A stretch of DNA of 61,940 nucleotides, the filler included, from Collodictyon triciliatum (taxonomy: Eukaryota), in assembly GCA_043381765.1 (NCBI GenBank). It is 4 parts of 4 records of this genome, joined end to end, with 100 filler letters (N's around TTAATTAATTAA, not from the genome) between each part and the next. Parts side by side here need not be neighbours in the genome. Positions count along the whole stretch, not along the records: positions 1 to 8,470 come from JBHJMP010000303.1; positions 8,571 to 35,421 come from JBHJMP010000304.1; 2 more parts are not named here. One strand, 5' to 3'. The notes below the pieces were generated by a model that made no database searches, was not told the origin of the DNA, and was given only the letters and a program-made list of their open reading frames with translations. This document shows, one piece after another, positions 1 to 10,984 of this stretch (its first letter is position 1; each line of letters starts with the position of its first letter). The translations under genes and the position numbers were made by a program.

Positions 1-32
<32 letters not shown>

Positions 33-608
33 AAAAAAAAGTAAAAAAAAAGTAAAAAAAAAAGTAAAAAAAAGTAAAAAAAATGTAAAAAAAAGCGGTG
101 AAAAATGTGAAATTGCATTTTAATTGTTAAACATATGATAAATGATAAGTGAATTAATGAATCGTAGAATGGTCTAACTTTCAAATCAGGCACATTTTAA
201 GATGAACCGTATTTTCAGAATTTGGAGTATAGGCGGTGCACGCAAATCTAATTGGCTCTCTACAATTCATTTTTTTTTTAAAAACAATTCATCGTAGATA
301 ATCAGTGTTGATACATGGTTCATGTTTGCCTACAAATAAGAAATAATCTAAGAAAAAAGGGGTAATCTGTCTTCAAAAATATCAGTTCAATCATCAATTC
401 TAGATGTGAAAATATGCGCTTTTACTTCGCATTTTAAGTTCACGGAGAGGGATGTGTGTAATTATTTGCAAATAGTCAAACATATATACTGCAAAAAAGA
501 ACTTATTTAATTATGGGTGGAATGGGAATGTAAAACCCTTTTCCTTAAATCAAATGTAGATAAAACATTATATAAACAAGAGCACAAAGCTCAACACATA
601 ATAAACCT

Positions 609-1622
609 TCATATGTTGGTAATCGGACTCGAACAGTGGGGGTATATAGGTAGTGCCAGTGCATTGTTTGTAGTCTCACATGTCTGGGGGGAGGGGTGGT
701 GTCTGAAGTATCTCTTTTTGGTGCGGGTTCGTGACATCAACAATACCATTAGCCAGCTCTTTTCACAATAACCTCCAATACTTGCGATTATACACATAAT
801 TAAATATGATTCCTAATACAAATTCAGACGGCGCGATGGAGGCCCAAGCTAGGCTTCTTCTGGTATATATTTAAATATTTAAACTTTGCATAAAAGGAAT
901 GAAAATCTAGAGGCGTCATATGAAATTGGTTCACTGCTAGGGAAACTCCTAACATAGACAGTTGAGCCTGTGTTAAGTGAATTTAATAAACAAGGTTAGA
1001 CATTCATATTTATCTGTAAAACATTTTGATTACTTATCGGCTGCTGTCAACACGGAATTGTAGCGCATATACATGTTCCTCCGATGCAACCCAAAAACTT
1101 TCACTACATGATTCTTGAGTATGTGGATTAGAGAAAAATTAATATGGAGACTAAGCATCATTTTAATCTCTTGTGTGAGCTCTTAAACATATAGTCATAT
1201 GTACCTTGAATTTACAAGAGCCGCGAGAAAGTCATTTTCCAATCCCCTTATATTTAAAATCAGTCTTTTTTTAATGACTGGACAATGTCATACTTCCACT
1301 CACAACGCAACCCAACAACCCCACCATACATTGTTAGACCATTACTTCAGACCATCGGGAAAACTAGGAGCCGCCAATCCACCACCCCACCACCCCTCTC
1401 CAAATAGTAGATCAAAACAGTTCCCTTTCCCACGGATATTTGTCTTTTCTTTCCTCCATTTTCAACTGTATCTGAGTTTTTTCCATGAGTTGAGGTTGAA
1501 TATTTTCCGATAGAAGATGAATGGATTACGATAAATATGGTATATTGAACAAATAATTTAATCCTTTCGTTGGTCCTTATGGTAGCCAGGTTGAACCACT
1601 TATCGAAAAAGACTTTTGACAT
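609..1622 (-). pseudogene. Possible highly decayed non-LTR retrotransposon (L1/Tx1-like ORF2 3' region) relic
   Basis: Minus-strand peptide GGKKRQISVGK...ERGGGVVDW (1347-1622) loosely resembles the W.GKK..IS..L.....GGLG..D motif that follows L1-type RT domains. The region is stop-ridden with no exon structure. Weak motif match only. Confidence 0.25.
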
Positions 1623-1872
1623 GTAACGATGTTTAACAGATAATCATTTTGCTATATCTATGCTACACGAATTGAACCTCAGTGTGTGCATGTTTTGTTT
1701 TCTATCACTGAATATCAAACATGTGATAAATTTTTTATCATGTAAATTTGTAGCTTTGTTCATATTTCCAATTATATAGAGCAAGACATACAGAGAGCAA
1801 TAATGATAAATTTAGGCCGAATATATAGTGTTCAGTTATCAGAATACTAATTACATCCAGCTTTAGGATTCT

Positions 1873-1874
<2 letters not shown>

Positions 1875-1918
<44 letters not shown>

Positions 1919-1929
1919 TCTCTCTCTCT
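1875..1929. repeat. (CT)n microsatellite
   Basis: Near-perfect ctctct run seen directly. Confidence 0.95.
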
Positions 1930-2850
1930 GTGAAATGTGCGATAAATATTTTAATCATGAGTTTTAAGGTAGGTCTTAAGGTGTGATTAATAAGCAATAA
2001 CACAACCCAGGGATTAGACTGACAAGAACAGAGCCAATCATAGAACGTATTGTTGAAGGGACTTCCTGTCAGCCCCTATTGTGCATTTATCCACTGTTAC
2101 GTACCAGCTTATGATAGACTCCCCACTTCGATCAACTTTTTGGTTTTCCGAGAAAGTCCTAGTCTTGCTTAGGCTTCATCTTTTGTTTTATTCTGCCCAT
2201 TTAAAAATAAATATTTATTTTCGTGTAAGATTGTCAGTTTGGGTGGTCTTTTTTTTTTTTTTTTTTCGCTTAGTGCTGTAGTAAAAACGAAGAGTGAGGA
2301 TCCTCGCGAAAGGGGCTTATAAGCTTTGTTGTGTTGTGTTGTGGTGGTCTTTGGCATTGGCTCTTGAGTAATTGTGCAAACGTGTTGATAGAAATGTGCT
2401 GGTGAAGCGATCTGCTTCGACAATGTGGTATCGTTAACTACATATTATGAAGCTAACGATACTGCAATAGATGCCTTTTTTTTTTTTGAGTTTGGTTAGT
2501 TGAAAGGGAGTCGGATTGAAAGCGAAAGACAGAGAAATAATTTTGTTTTTCTAATTATGAATTTTGTCTGCAGAGAGAGCCCAATGCAGAAAATCATAGG
2601 AAAATGACGGAGGAAGTAAAAGTGAAAAAAATGGGCTGCGTCTTGGTCATCTAAACAAGCGCAGTTAGTGATCATCTTGAGAGTAAGCACTCAGGAGTGA
2701 AAACCTGATAGTTTACATTGCAAACCATTTGTTAATTCAATTACATAGGTTGATTTGAAAAAAATACTTAATTACTGGATCCGTTTGAACAGAAGGGAAA
2801 TATCACAACTGCGCACAATAAAGTGTGTGCCATTGGACGGTACTTTGCCA

Positions 2851-3151
2851 TTTTTTGGTTTCTTTTCAACAGTTTATTGAGAGAAAACATAGCCGAGGAA
2901 GCCGCCTTCGCCTCTAGGACAAGAAATGAGCTGTGGACAAGACAGTGGAAAACCCCGGATTGTGTGGTAGGAGTTTTTGAGTTTTGGGTGGAAAGAAAAA
3001 GAAAAAGAGAGAGAGAAAATAGAAAGGAGAGAAAGTGTTCTCACACGCAGACTATTCTACCCGAAGTGAATCAGCTCCAACGCGATTTCTGGTTGTATTC
3101 GAGACTGAAAGAAGAGCGGATAAGGTTGTCGGGTCGATGAAAGTACGCACA
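2851..3151 (+). repeat. Left arm of a diverged inverted repeat (pairs with 4695-5095)
   Basis: 3075-3151 matches the reverse complement of 4695-4771 at 66/77 nt by manual alignment. 2851-2953 (tcaacagtttattgagagaaaacatagccgaggaagccgccttcgcc...gacagtggaaaac) and 3017-3056 also match the reverse complement of ~4995-5095 and ~4861-4899. Confidence 0.85.
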
Positions 3152-3224
3152 TGGCAGTTACTTCTCAAATCGATTCCGACGAGTCCTTTCAACCGTCTAT
3201 CTCAGACAAGATTTACATCCTATT

Positions 3225-4546
3225 TCATTCCACTGGATGAGTCTTTTGAGGGGACAACGGGTCACTTTCCTTGCGTTTCTTGCTGGGCGACTCTGACAAA
3301 AAGCGATACATCGTTGTTTGTCTGGAATTATCGGAAGTGGCGCTTGACCGTCCCCTGGTTTCGGGACCATGCGTAGCCGGCAGTGGACTTTGCTTAACCG
3401 GAGTATGGATACGCGTTTGTGGTTTTAGAAACATACGCTCCTGCTTGCTCGGACTGTCTTTGGTGTGTGAAGTTCCAAGCTTGGATTCGACTTGTGCTGT
3501 TTGCTCTTGCTCCTTGGTTCTCGGCGCGACAGGCTGGGGCAGCGTAAACGGACTATCTTTGGTGGGCGCTGGTTCTTGTGTTGCCTTCGCTTTGGAGTAT
3601 CCTTTCGGATAAGTAACGAAGACTGCCTTGAGGCCTCCTATGTTAACCATATTCACGTCAGTCTGAATGGGTAGTTTAAGGGGGGATTTCTTTCGGGGTT
3701 TGGAGATGCGCTGCTCTTGGGTCTTGCGATGTACGGGCTTGTCCAGTATTGGCGGTGGAGGGCTCGAGTGCGAGGATTCTGAAGAGGAACCGAGATTTCC
3801 TTCCATGTCATCGTCGCTGTCGCTGTATGCGCGTATCTGCTGTGAGTCTTGCGGGCTCAGTTGTTGCCTGGCCTTGGCTTCCTTGACCCCGTTGCTGCTT
3901 GTCTGCTTGGCGGGTGTATTCTTTTGCGGGGCTTTTACTTGTCGTTCGTTGTTCGCGGCTCGCGGACGCTCTTTGAGAATGTGCTTTGGATACTTCTTAC
4001 TCATAACCGTAAACTTTGCAGGGAGCTGGTTCTTGTTGTAAACGAAGCTTCACCACGGCCGTGTCTGCGAAGAAGCCTTTGTCCTTTTTTGATGTCCACG
4101 TGGGTCGGTTTGAACGGCTTCAGCTCCTCATGAAGGAGTTGCGGCCACACGCCCAGCGGTAGTTGGTAGAGCATTACCGAGGTCTCTGTTGGTTTACTTC
4201 TGCTGAAGCAGAATATATATATATATATCAAACTAACCTGCTCCAGTCCCAGAAGCTTTCGGGCGTTTTCTGCAGTGCAGAAGGCAATCAGACAAAGGTC
4301 TTCGCTGTCCGGTAAGCGCAGTTGGATGGACTCTTCCCAAAGTTTGTTCGCTTTCAAGAAGGAGGCGAGCGCATCTGTTAGCCTGCGGGCCTTGTTCTTG
4401 TTGTAAACGACTTGCTCGACCCCGTGCAAAAATACTGTCCGCTCAGACAGACTTGCAGGCGGCTTTCTTTGCATGGGTCTTCCTAGACTTACACTAAACT
4501 TGGGGGTTTTCCGCACCAGTGTTGGAACCAAAAGAACTGGCTGCAA
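3225..4546 (-). pseudogene. Frameshifted LINE ORF1/gag-like (RRM-type) coding relic with a long low-complexity S/P/K/Q tail
   Basis: Intronless, GC-richer ORFs 4001-4546 and 3225-4004 overlap across a frameshift. Motifs TVFLHGV..LIAFCTAENARKLLG..SVMLYQLPLGVWPQLLHEELKPF..HG..LPAKFTV resemble the L1/Tx1 ORF1 RRM pattern. No RT follows. Confidence 0.5.
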
Positions 4547-4694
4547 CTTGCGAAGCCTTGTGTCAAGATGTTTTCCACCAAGCGCGGGCGTATTATAGTC
4601 TTCACTTAAAGGACACTTGCATTGAAGAATATAATAAATGTCTGACAGAAACAGGTGAAAAAACTCCTTAAAATCGTTTTTAAGATAACTGATT

Positions 4695-5095
4695 TGTGCG
4701 TACTTTTATCGACCCGACAATCTTATCCGCCCTCCTGTCAGTCTCGAACACAATATGAAACCACGTTGGAGTTTTTATTTTTTTTTTTAATCACAACAGA
4801 ATAAGATGTTGGCGCCCGTGCCCAGAATCTTAAAACTGCGTTGGTTTTAAGTCCATAAATAATAGTCTGCGTAATAGACACTTTGTTTCCTTCCTATTTC
4901 ATCACCCGATTTATCTATTCTTACATTTCCACGCATCTCTTTCTACCCATCTTTAATTTTTATAAACAAAAAATCCGACTATATAAGATTCAAGTTTTCC
5001 ACTGTCTCATCTATATCTCGTGTTTCTCCTATAGGCGAAGGCAGCACCGCGGCTTTATTTTCTATCAGTAAACAGTTGAGATGAAATCAAAATTT
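4695..5095 (-). repeat. Right arm of the diverged inverted repeat (pairs with 2851-3151; contains insertions)
   Basis: Reverse complement reads ...ctccaacgtggtttcatattgtgttcgagactgacaggagggcggataagattgtcgggtcgataaaagtacgcaca, versus left arm ctccaacgcgatttctggttgtattcgagactgaaagaagagcggataaggttgtcgggtcgatgaaagtacgcaca. Confidence 0.85.
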
Positions 5096-5396
5096 TTTTT
5101 TTCTGTGGGCTTCGTGTCGAGAGTGCGCCATTTTCGCAAATTTTATAAAATGCACATCTGTGTCCCGCTCTCACTAAGTAAACGAATTTTGTTGAAGCGG
5201 GTTTCTGAGCGCCATGTGCGCAGGAATATCTGTTGTGATTCCTTATCACTCTCTTTTCTTCCTTCTGTTGACAGGTTAACGGCGAAAGAATTGAATTTCA
5301 ACTGAGTTGTTATCCCATTCTTTTCCAAGGTTTTTTTTATTTGGCGCCGTTTTGAAGCGTCCAAGTGTCTTTTTCGTCTCACAGCCTCCTCCGTGG

Positions 5397-7805
5397 TTAG
5401 AAGACTATTTTTTGGCACTTGATGCACTTCTTCGGGCCGATGGAGCACCCGTGACAAAGGTGAGCCGCTTGTTCGGGAGGATGCAGCCCTCCTGTCAGCG
5501 ACGGTGCAATGGGTTTTGTGCACTTGACACAGCTGTACGATTGCCTATTCATCGCACGATTTTGTGTTACATGTGCTACTCATTTTCAAAAAAAAGAACG
5601 GCACCACGGTGATGGATATCCGCATCGAAAAGACATCGCATACGAGGAGGCAATTATGCTGCACTTGAAATGATACATACCGCCAAAAATAACAATAAAA
5701 TAACAATAAAATAACAATAAAATAACAATAAAATAACAATAAAATAACAATAAAATAACAATAAAATAACAATAAAATAACAATAAAATAACAATAAAAT
5801 AACAATAAAACAACAATAAAACAACAATAAAACAACANNNNNNNNNNNNNNNNNNNNNNNNNNNNNNNNNNNNNNNNNNNNNNNNNNNNNNNNNNNNNNN
5901 NNNNNNNNNNNNNNNNNNNNNNNNNNNNNNNNNNNNNAATAAAATAACAATAAAATAACAATAAAATAACAATAAAATAACAATAAAATAACAATAAAAT
6001 AACAATAAAATAACAATAAAATAACAATAAAATAACAACAAAACAAATTATTTACCCGCGCATAGGTGTGCACGTGTTGCAGTAAACGGCGATTGCTGGG
6101 GACTTGAATCCTGGGCAGCGCGCACATTTGGAAGTCACAGACACATTGAGGGAGCAGGGCTTGCAATAGAAAGCGGTCTTTGGATCCAATTTCGGCGCTG
6201 CTGATGAGTTTGATGCAGGCGCAGCGGCCGCAGGAGCCACATTCACGGACAGAAAAGTCGCAGGAGGAGCTACAGGAGTGGGTTCTGGGGTGCTGACCTG
6301 CAGGGTTTCTTCAGGCTTCTTTTCTTGCTCTTTTGATACGGAATCCTCTTTCGCACTCTCTTCTTTAGTGACAGCTTTTTTAAACAACTTTCTAGTGTCA
6401 ACAATCCACGAACCGCGCGATTCTCGCTCTCCAATCTAATGGAAAGTCATCCGATTCAGGCTCACACCACCGAAGGAATAGTAGAAAATAATCACACAAA
6501 AAGTCAAAGGAGGAGACACCTAATAATTTTGGATGATTTTTACATAATCATTTGTGCTTTCTAGCGAGCTCATTAACTATGATACCTTAAGATAAAATCG
6601 GAAACCGTAGATGTATTTGCGTTTCGTATCAATAAGAGCGTATGTCATTTTCTCCTTGTCAAACCATTTAAGCTCAAAAGCGACAAAGTGATCAGAGATG
6701 TGCATCACTCTGCTTTTTTCTGATTCCTGTTTGTTGATAACAGTGTGATTTTAAATTACAGAAAATTCAGTATCGACGAATAACAATAATTTTTTTGGTT
6801 CATTATGAGCCAGTGAACCTTGCTAGACTCATAAAGTATGTTTTCTACGATTTCCTCTCTAAGTATCAGCTCCCTAAACAAATCGATAATTACGCAAACA
6901 TTTGCTAAAAGAACATGTTTTCATTTCGGTTCTTTGAATGAAGAGAGGGAAAAAAAATGATATCATTTAGGCTGGTTTTCACCTGGACATTGTTCCTTTT
7001 GTTGCAATACAAATGCTTCCATCCTTCGTTTCTGAAATCTGGAGTACATTTTGGAGATTGAAATTTTTATGAATATGTACTCAACATTAATTATGGAGGG
7101 TTTCCAATTTAAGGGTACTGAAGGGACTCTTCTGCTATATGCGTTTATTTCTCTTTCGTACGTACACGGATAATGACTCGGTCGAATCCAACTTCATCGT
7201 CGCAGAATAGGAAGAACAGGTCTTCCAGCTCCTTTGAGGGATAATGAGCACGACTACCTAAATCAATCAGTGTTTTTTTTTAGTATAATATAGGCACTCA
7301 TCTAATTTTATAGTTCAACAGTTTCCATTAAGAATTATTCGATTGCAAACATGGTGGGTTAGCATAATGCATGATAGCCTCAGCCGTTTTTCGATCGATG
7401 GTTTCAAAAATTATCTTCATCTTAACAGGGTCAAAACGAGCAACAAACGACCTACACAAAAGGGAGAATCATACATGTTGTTCAGTGCAGAACAAACCAA
7501 ATAATAAGCGATATGCAACAATAAATTAAAGTGCCATTTATAAAAAAAAATGCAAGTTTTCTCTATTGAATAAAACATGTATTGGTATGATTATATTCCT
7601 TGTTATTTTTTTTCTGGTTCGACTGTAACCTTCCGGTGCCTGTATGAGTTGATTTCTTCTCTGGGCAGGGCCAATAAGATAGAATCTTGACCAACTTGAC
7701 CTCTGAAGGTTTAAAGACTATAGGAAGAGATTCTTTCTCAAGAATAGTCTCTTCGACGGGAACCCACCTTTCATTTAGATCAATAAATACCTTAAACAAG
7801 GGCAT
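5397..7805 (-). CDS. Multi-exon protein: unrecognised N-terminal domain, A/P/E/K linker, C-terminal PHF5/Rds3-like six-CxxC zinc module
   Basis: About 8 GT-AG exons from ATG 7805 (MPLFKVFID) to TAA 5397; most junction phases checked (one near 7030-7165 unresolved). The last two exons (6056-6437 and 5397-5544) splice to AFYCKPC..KCARC..VYCNTC..SCVKC..AHLCHGC..KCIKCQKIVF*. Confidence 0.75.
5686..6040. repeat. 11-bp tandem repeat (AATAACAATAA)n, intronic, interrupted by a 100-N gap
   Basis: Seen directly; lies in the last intron of the 5397-7805 gene. Confidence 0.95.
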
Positions 7806-7867
7806 ATTTTTTTGAGCCTTTCATTTATTCATCTCGTGAATATCTGACGCAATTTGCCATATAAATC

Positions 7868-8178
7868 TCACCCTCCGTCTTTGAAAATCTCAGTCCTCAC
7901 ATCAATTATGGTGACAGATTCGTGTGGTTGATGAACACTGAAGGGTTAATAAAATTTTTTTATCAGTTTTTTTTTTGTGAATATTTTTAAAAAGATATTT
8001 GATATACTTTTGTGCAAGCACATCGTAGAGCTTAATTGCCTCGTCCATGGAAATCTTTTGCTCTTGGAATAGGCGCATCACAAGCTGTTTTTCCTCCAGG
8101 TGAGTTATTTCTTTTTTTGTATTAGACGCAGAGCCAGATGTATTTTGGATGTAGATTTCATTTTGGAAAACGTCAGAG
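7868..8178 (-). CDS. 3' end (last two exons) of a hypothetical protein; 5' part lost at the contig end
   Basis: Exons 8008-8178 (SDVFQNEIYI...EAIKLYDVLAQ) and 7868-7937 (VHQPHESVTIIDVRTEIFKDGG*) join in phase through GT-AG. They could instead be upstream exons of the next gene if a homopolymer near 7807 is miscalled. Confidence 0.5.
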
Positions 8179-8397
8179 CTACAGAATCAATAAGTGTTTA
8201 TACTTTTGAAATAAAGAAATTTTGGGAAAAAAGGAGGAGCAGACGAAATAAATGGATGTGATTTGTTCAATTACACATAAGGGTTTCGTCCCACATTCGC
8301 ACCACATGGAGAAGCTTGTCGCATGAAAATAGGGAGGTTGGCAGGATTCATCTCTCCCGGTGGGATTGGCGTGGCTGAGTAGATCAATACCGTGATA

Positions 8398-8463
<66 letters not shown>

Positions 8464-8470
8464 AAAAAAA

Positions 8471-8570
8471 NNNNNNNNNNNNNNNNNNNNNNNNNNNNNN
8501 NNNNNNNNNNNNNNTTAATTAATTAANNNNNNNNNNNNNNNNNNNNNNNNNNNNNNNNNNNNNNNNNNNN
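8471..8570. other. Artificial contig-joining spacer
   Basis: 44 N + TTAATTAATTAA (stops in all six frames) + 44 N; identical at three places. Confidence 0.97.
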
Positions 8571-8626
<56 letters not shown>

Positions 8627-8629
8627 TAG

Positions 8630-9565
8630 TACCAGCTGCGACGCGTCGTGGGTATTTGAGTTCATCGGCAAAATGATGGGCGTTGCCATTCGAACGCACG
8701 ACCCGTTGGAAATCGATTTGGCACCGATTGTGTGGAAGGGAATTGTTAACGAAAAGGTAGGAGAAACACACACACATGTAAAGAAGGGGAAAAAGAAGAG
8801 AATATTTCAAATCCTTTTAAATCGCATACAAGCAAACGGGTGACAATAAGCGCGTTGACAATATCATGCTTTTTTTCTTCTTCTTCTTCTCTCTCTCTCT
8901 CTCTCTCACCTCTGCTCATCTTTTTCTGATTTTGTAAATGTATGCAATGCAACCGAATTCACTATTCAGATTACAATCGATGACGTGTTTGACGTGGATG
9001 CGCACTTTGAACAGTGAGTGTCTTTTTATCCTCCAAAACATCTAAGTTACACTTTACTTTTTTTCATCTTTATCTATATTTTTATGGAAAAAAAAAGCGT
9101 CAGTTTAAACCCATTATTAACACAATCATGAGGGACCATGATATTGACGTAGGATGTAACATCGTTTTGCTGTTTCTTTCATACATAATTTTACTATTGA
9201 TGAGTAATTTATCCCGTGGTGGCAACAAACCTCTTCTTTTTTTTTCTCTTCTCATTTTTTCACGCAGAACGCTCTCAATGCTGCATAATCCTGAAAGTGT
9301 TGGGTAAGACAATTATGACAAATTTCAAATAATAAATTAAAACGACTGAAACCAACCTACAACGAACGTGTAATCCACCGCCAAAAAGTCTTGACGAATC
9401 GACGTTCGAGTCCACGGCACTTGCCTTCACCACTTTCACTAACGGATGTGAAGTGGATCTGATACCGAACGGTTCTCTCACGCCTGTAACGTATGTCTCC
9501 AACAAACAAAAAAACAAAAAACAAAAACAAAAAAACAAAAACAAAAACAAAAACAAAAAAACAAA

Positions 9566-9645
<80 letters not shown>

Positions 9646-10761
9646 AAAAAAAACAAAAAAAACAAAAAAAAACAAAAAAAACTAAAAAAAAGAAAGAAAC
9701 AAAAAAACAAAGAAACAAAAAACAGAAACAAAAAGGCATGGTGCTGTTTTCTTCATCCTCACCCTCCCATTCTGGTGGCCAAGTATTGAACCGAATGAAC
9801 ACCACCTGCAGATGGGAAAACCGCCTGACCTACGCACGGCTGCTGCAGGAGTACCACATCCGCGAATTCCTGCCGGCCATTCAGGCCATGCGCCACGGCC
9901 TCGCAGACGTCGTCCCGATTGCCGAGCTTGCGCTCTTCACGGCCGAGGAGATCGAAGACAGGGTAACGCGTCCTGAAGGCAATGCTGCTCGTGGGCGGTT
10001 ATCGCCATGACCGGGCTCTTGTCCTACATGAAAGAAAACGAGTCAAAAAAAAAAGAGAATAATCTGGCCATTGCAACTAACCCCGGCCACTTCCCGTGCG
10101 CACCAACAGGTCTGCGGACGAAAGGAAGTGGACATTGCACGACTCAAGGTATGTCTGCGGCCATAGCGCCCCTCCACAAACCCACTTCCGACTCACAAGC
10201 CATCATTTTTGTTGTTTGCATACGCAGCAACACACAACCTACTCGGACTGCAATCTCACCGACGCCCACATCCAATTCTTCTGGGCTGTTCTGGAGGAGT
10301 TTACACAGCAGCAGCGGGCCATGTTTATCAAAGTATTTATCACTTTCACACTCATCACAATCACGATCACCATCACAATCACCATCACAATCACAATCAC
10401 GCAGTTTGTCTGTGGCCGATCGCGCATGCCGCGGTCGGAGGAGCACTCCAAGGACTTCCAGATCAACAGCTTCAGCGCCTCTGAAAACGTCGACAACGTA
10501 AGACACTCCGAGCCACCCGCCCCATGCCATGAAAACGCGAGCTAATCACGCCACCCACAACACGCCCACTTCACATCTCCCACCTGACCCGTAATCGCCC
10601 AACACCCATCCCCATGGCAGTATCTCCCGGTCTCGCACACCTGCTTCTTCTCGGTCGATCTGCCGGCATACACCAGCCTGGAGGTCATGCGCACAAAGCT
10701 TCTGATGGCCATCGAGCACTGCCACGAGATCGACGCAGACTTCACCCCGACCGACTCCTAA
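8630..10761 (+). CDS. HECT E3 ubiquitin ligase, HERC1/2-like HECT domain (5' partial, 9 exons)
   Basis: Spliced peptide FEFIGKMMGVAIRTHDPLEIDLAPIVWK...WENRLTY...VCGRKEVDIARLK..IQFFWAVLEEF..FVCGRSRMP...YLPVSHTCFFSVDLPAYTSLEVMRTKLLMAIEHCHEIDADF, with the catalytic Cys in HTCFF; TAA at 10759-10761. Confidence 0.95.
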
Positions 10762-10984
10762 CCCCAACGACGCCCCGATAAACACCGTCATCCCACTTCG
10801 GAGGCCAAGCAGCAACACGTGTCTGCCCAGATATAAACTCGACCCACGCATCAACAAGCAAGCAAGCAAGCAAGCAAACAAACAAACAAACAAGCAAACA
10901 AACAAGGAACAATCAGCAGCGCGAGATGAATCCAGCCGCAGAACAGTTCTAAACCCGAGCCGGCCAGATCCCCAGCAAGGCAGG

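Noticed and set aside
1..100. A-rich (A7-9GT)n at the window start as a telomere or retroelement tail
   Set aside because: Irregular, no G-rich telomeric unit, and the wrong polarity for the nearby minus-strand relics.
5545..6166. ORFs with LLFYCYFIVI repeats; the 11-mer array as CRISPR
   Set aside because: Translations of an intronic satellite; head-to-tail units without unique spacers and no cas genes.
8515..8526. Palindromic TTAATTAATTAA recurring three times
   Set aside because: Always centred in exactly 44+44 N; an artificial six-frame-stop linker, not a biological site.
9275..9805. Poly-Lys/poly-Phe ORFs here and at 14.7-15.8, 19, 38.6, 48, 54.8 and 56 kb
   Set aside because: Artefacts of poly-A and simple repeats, or of reading through N gaps.
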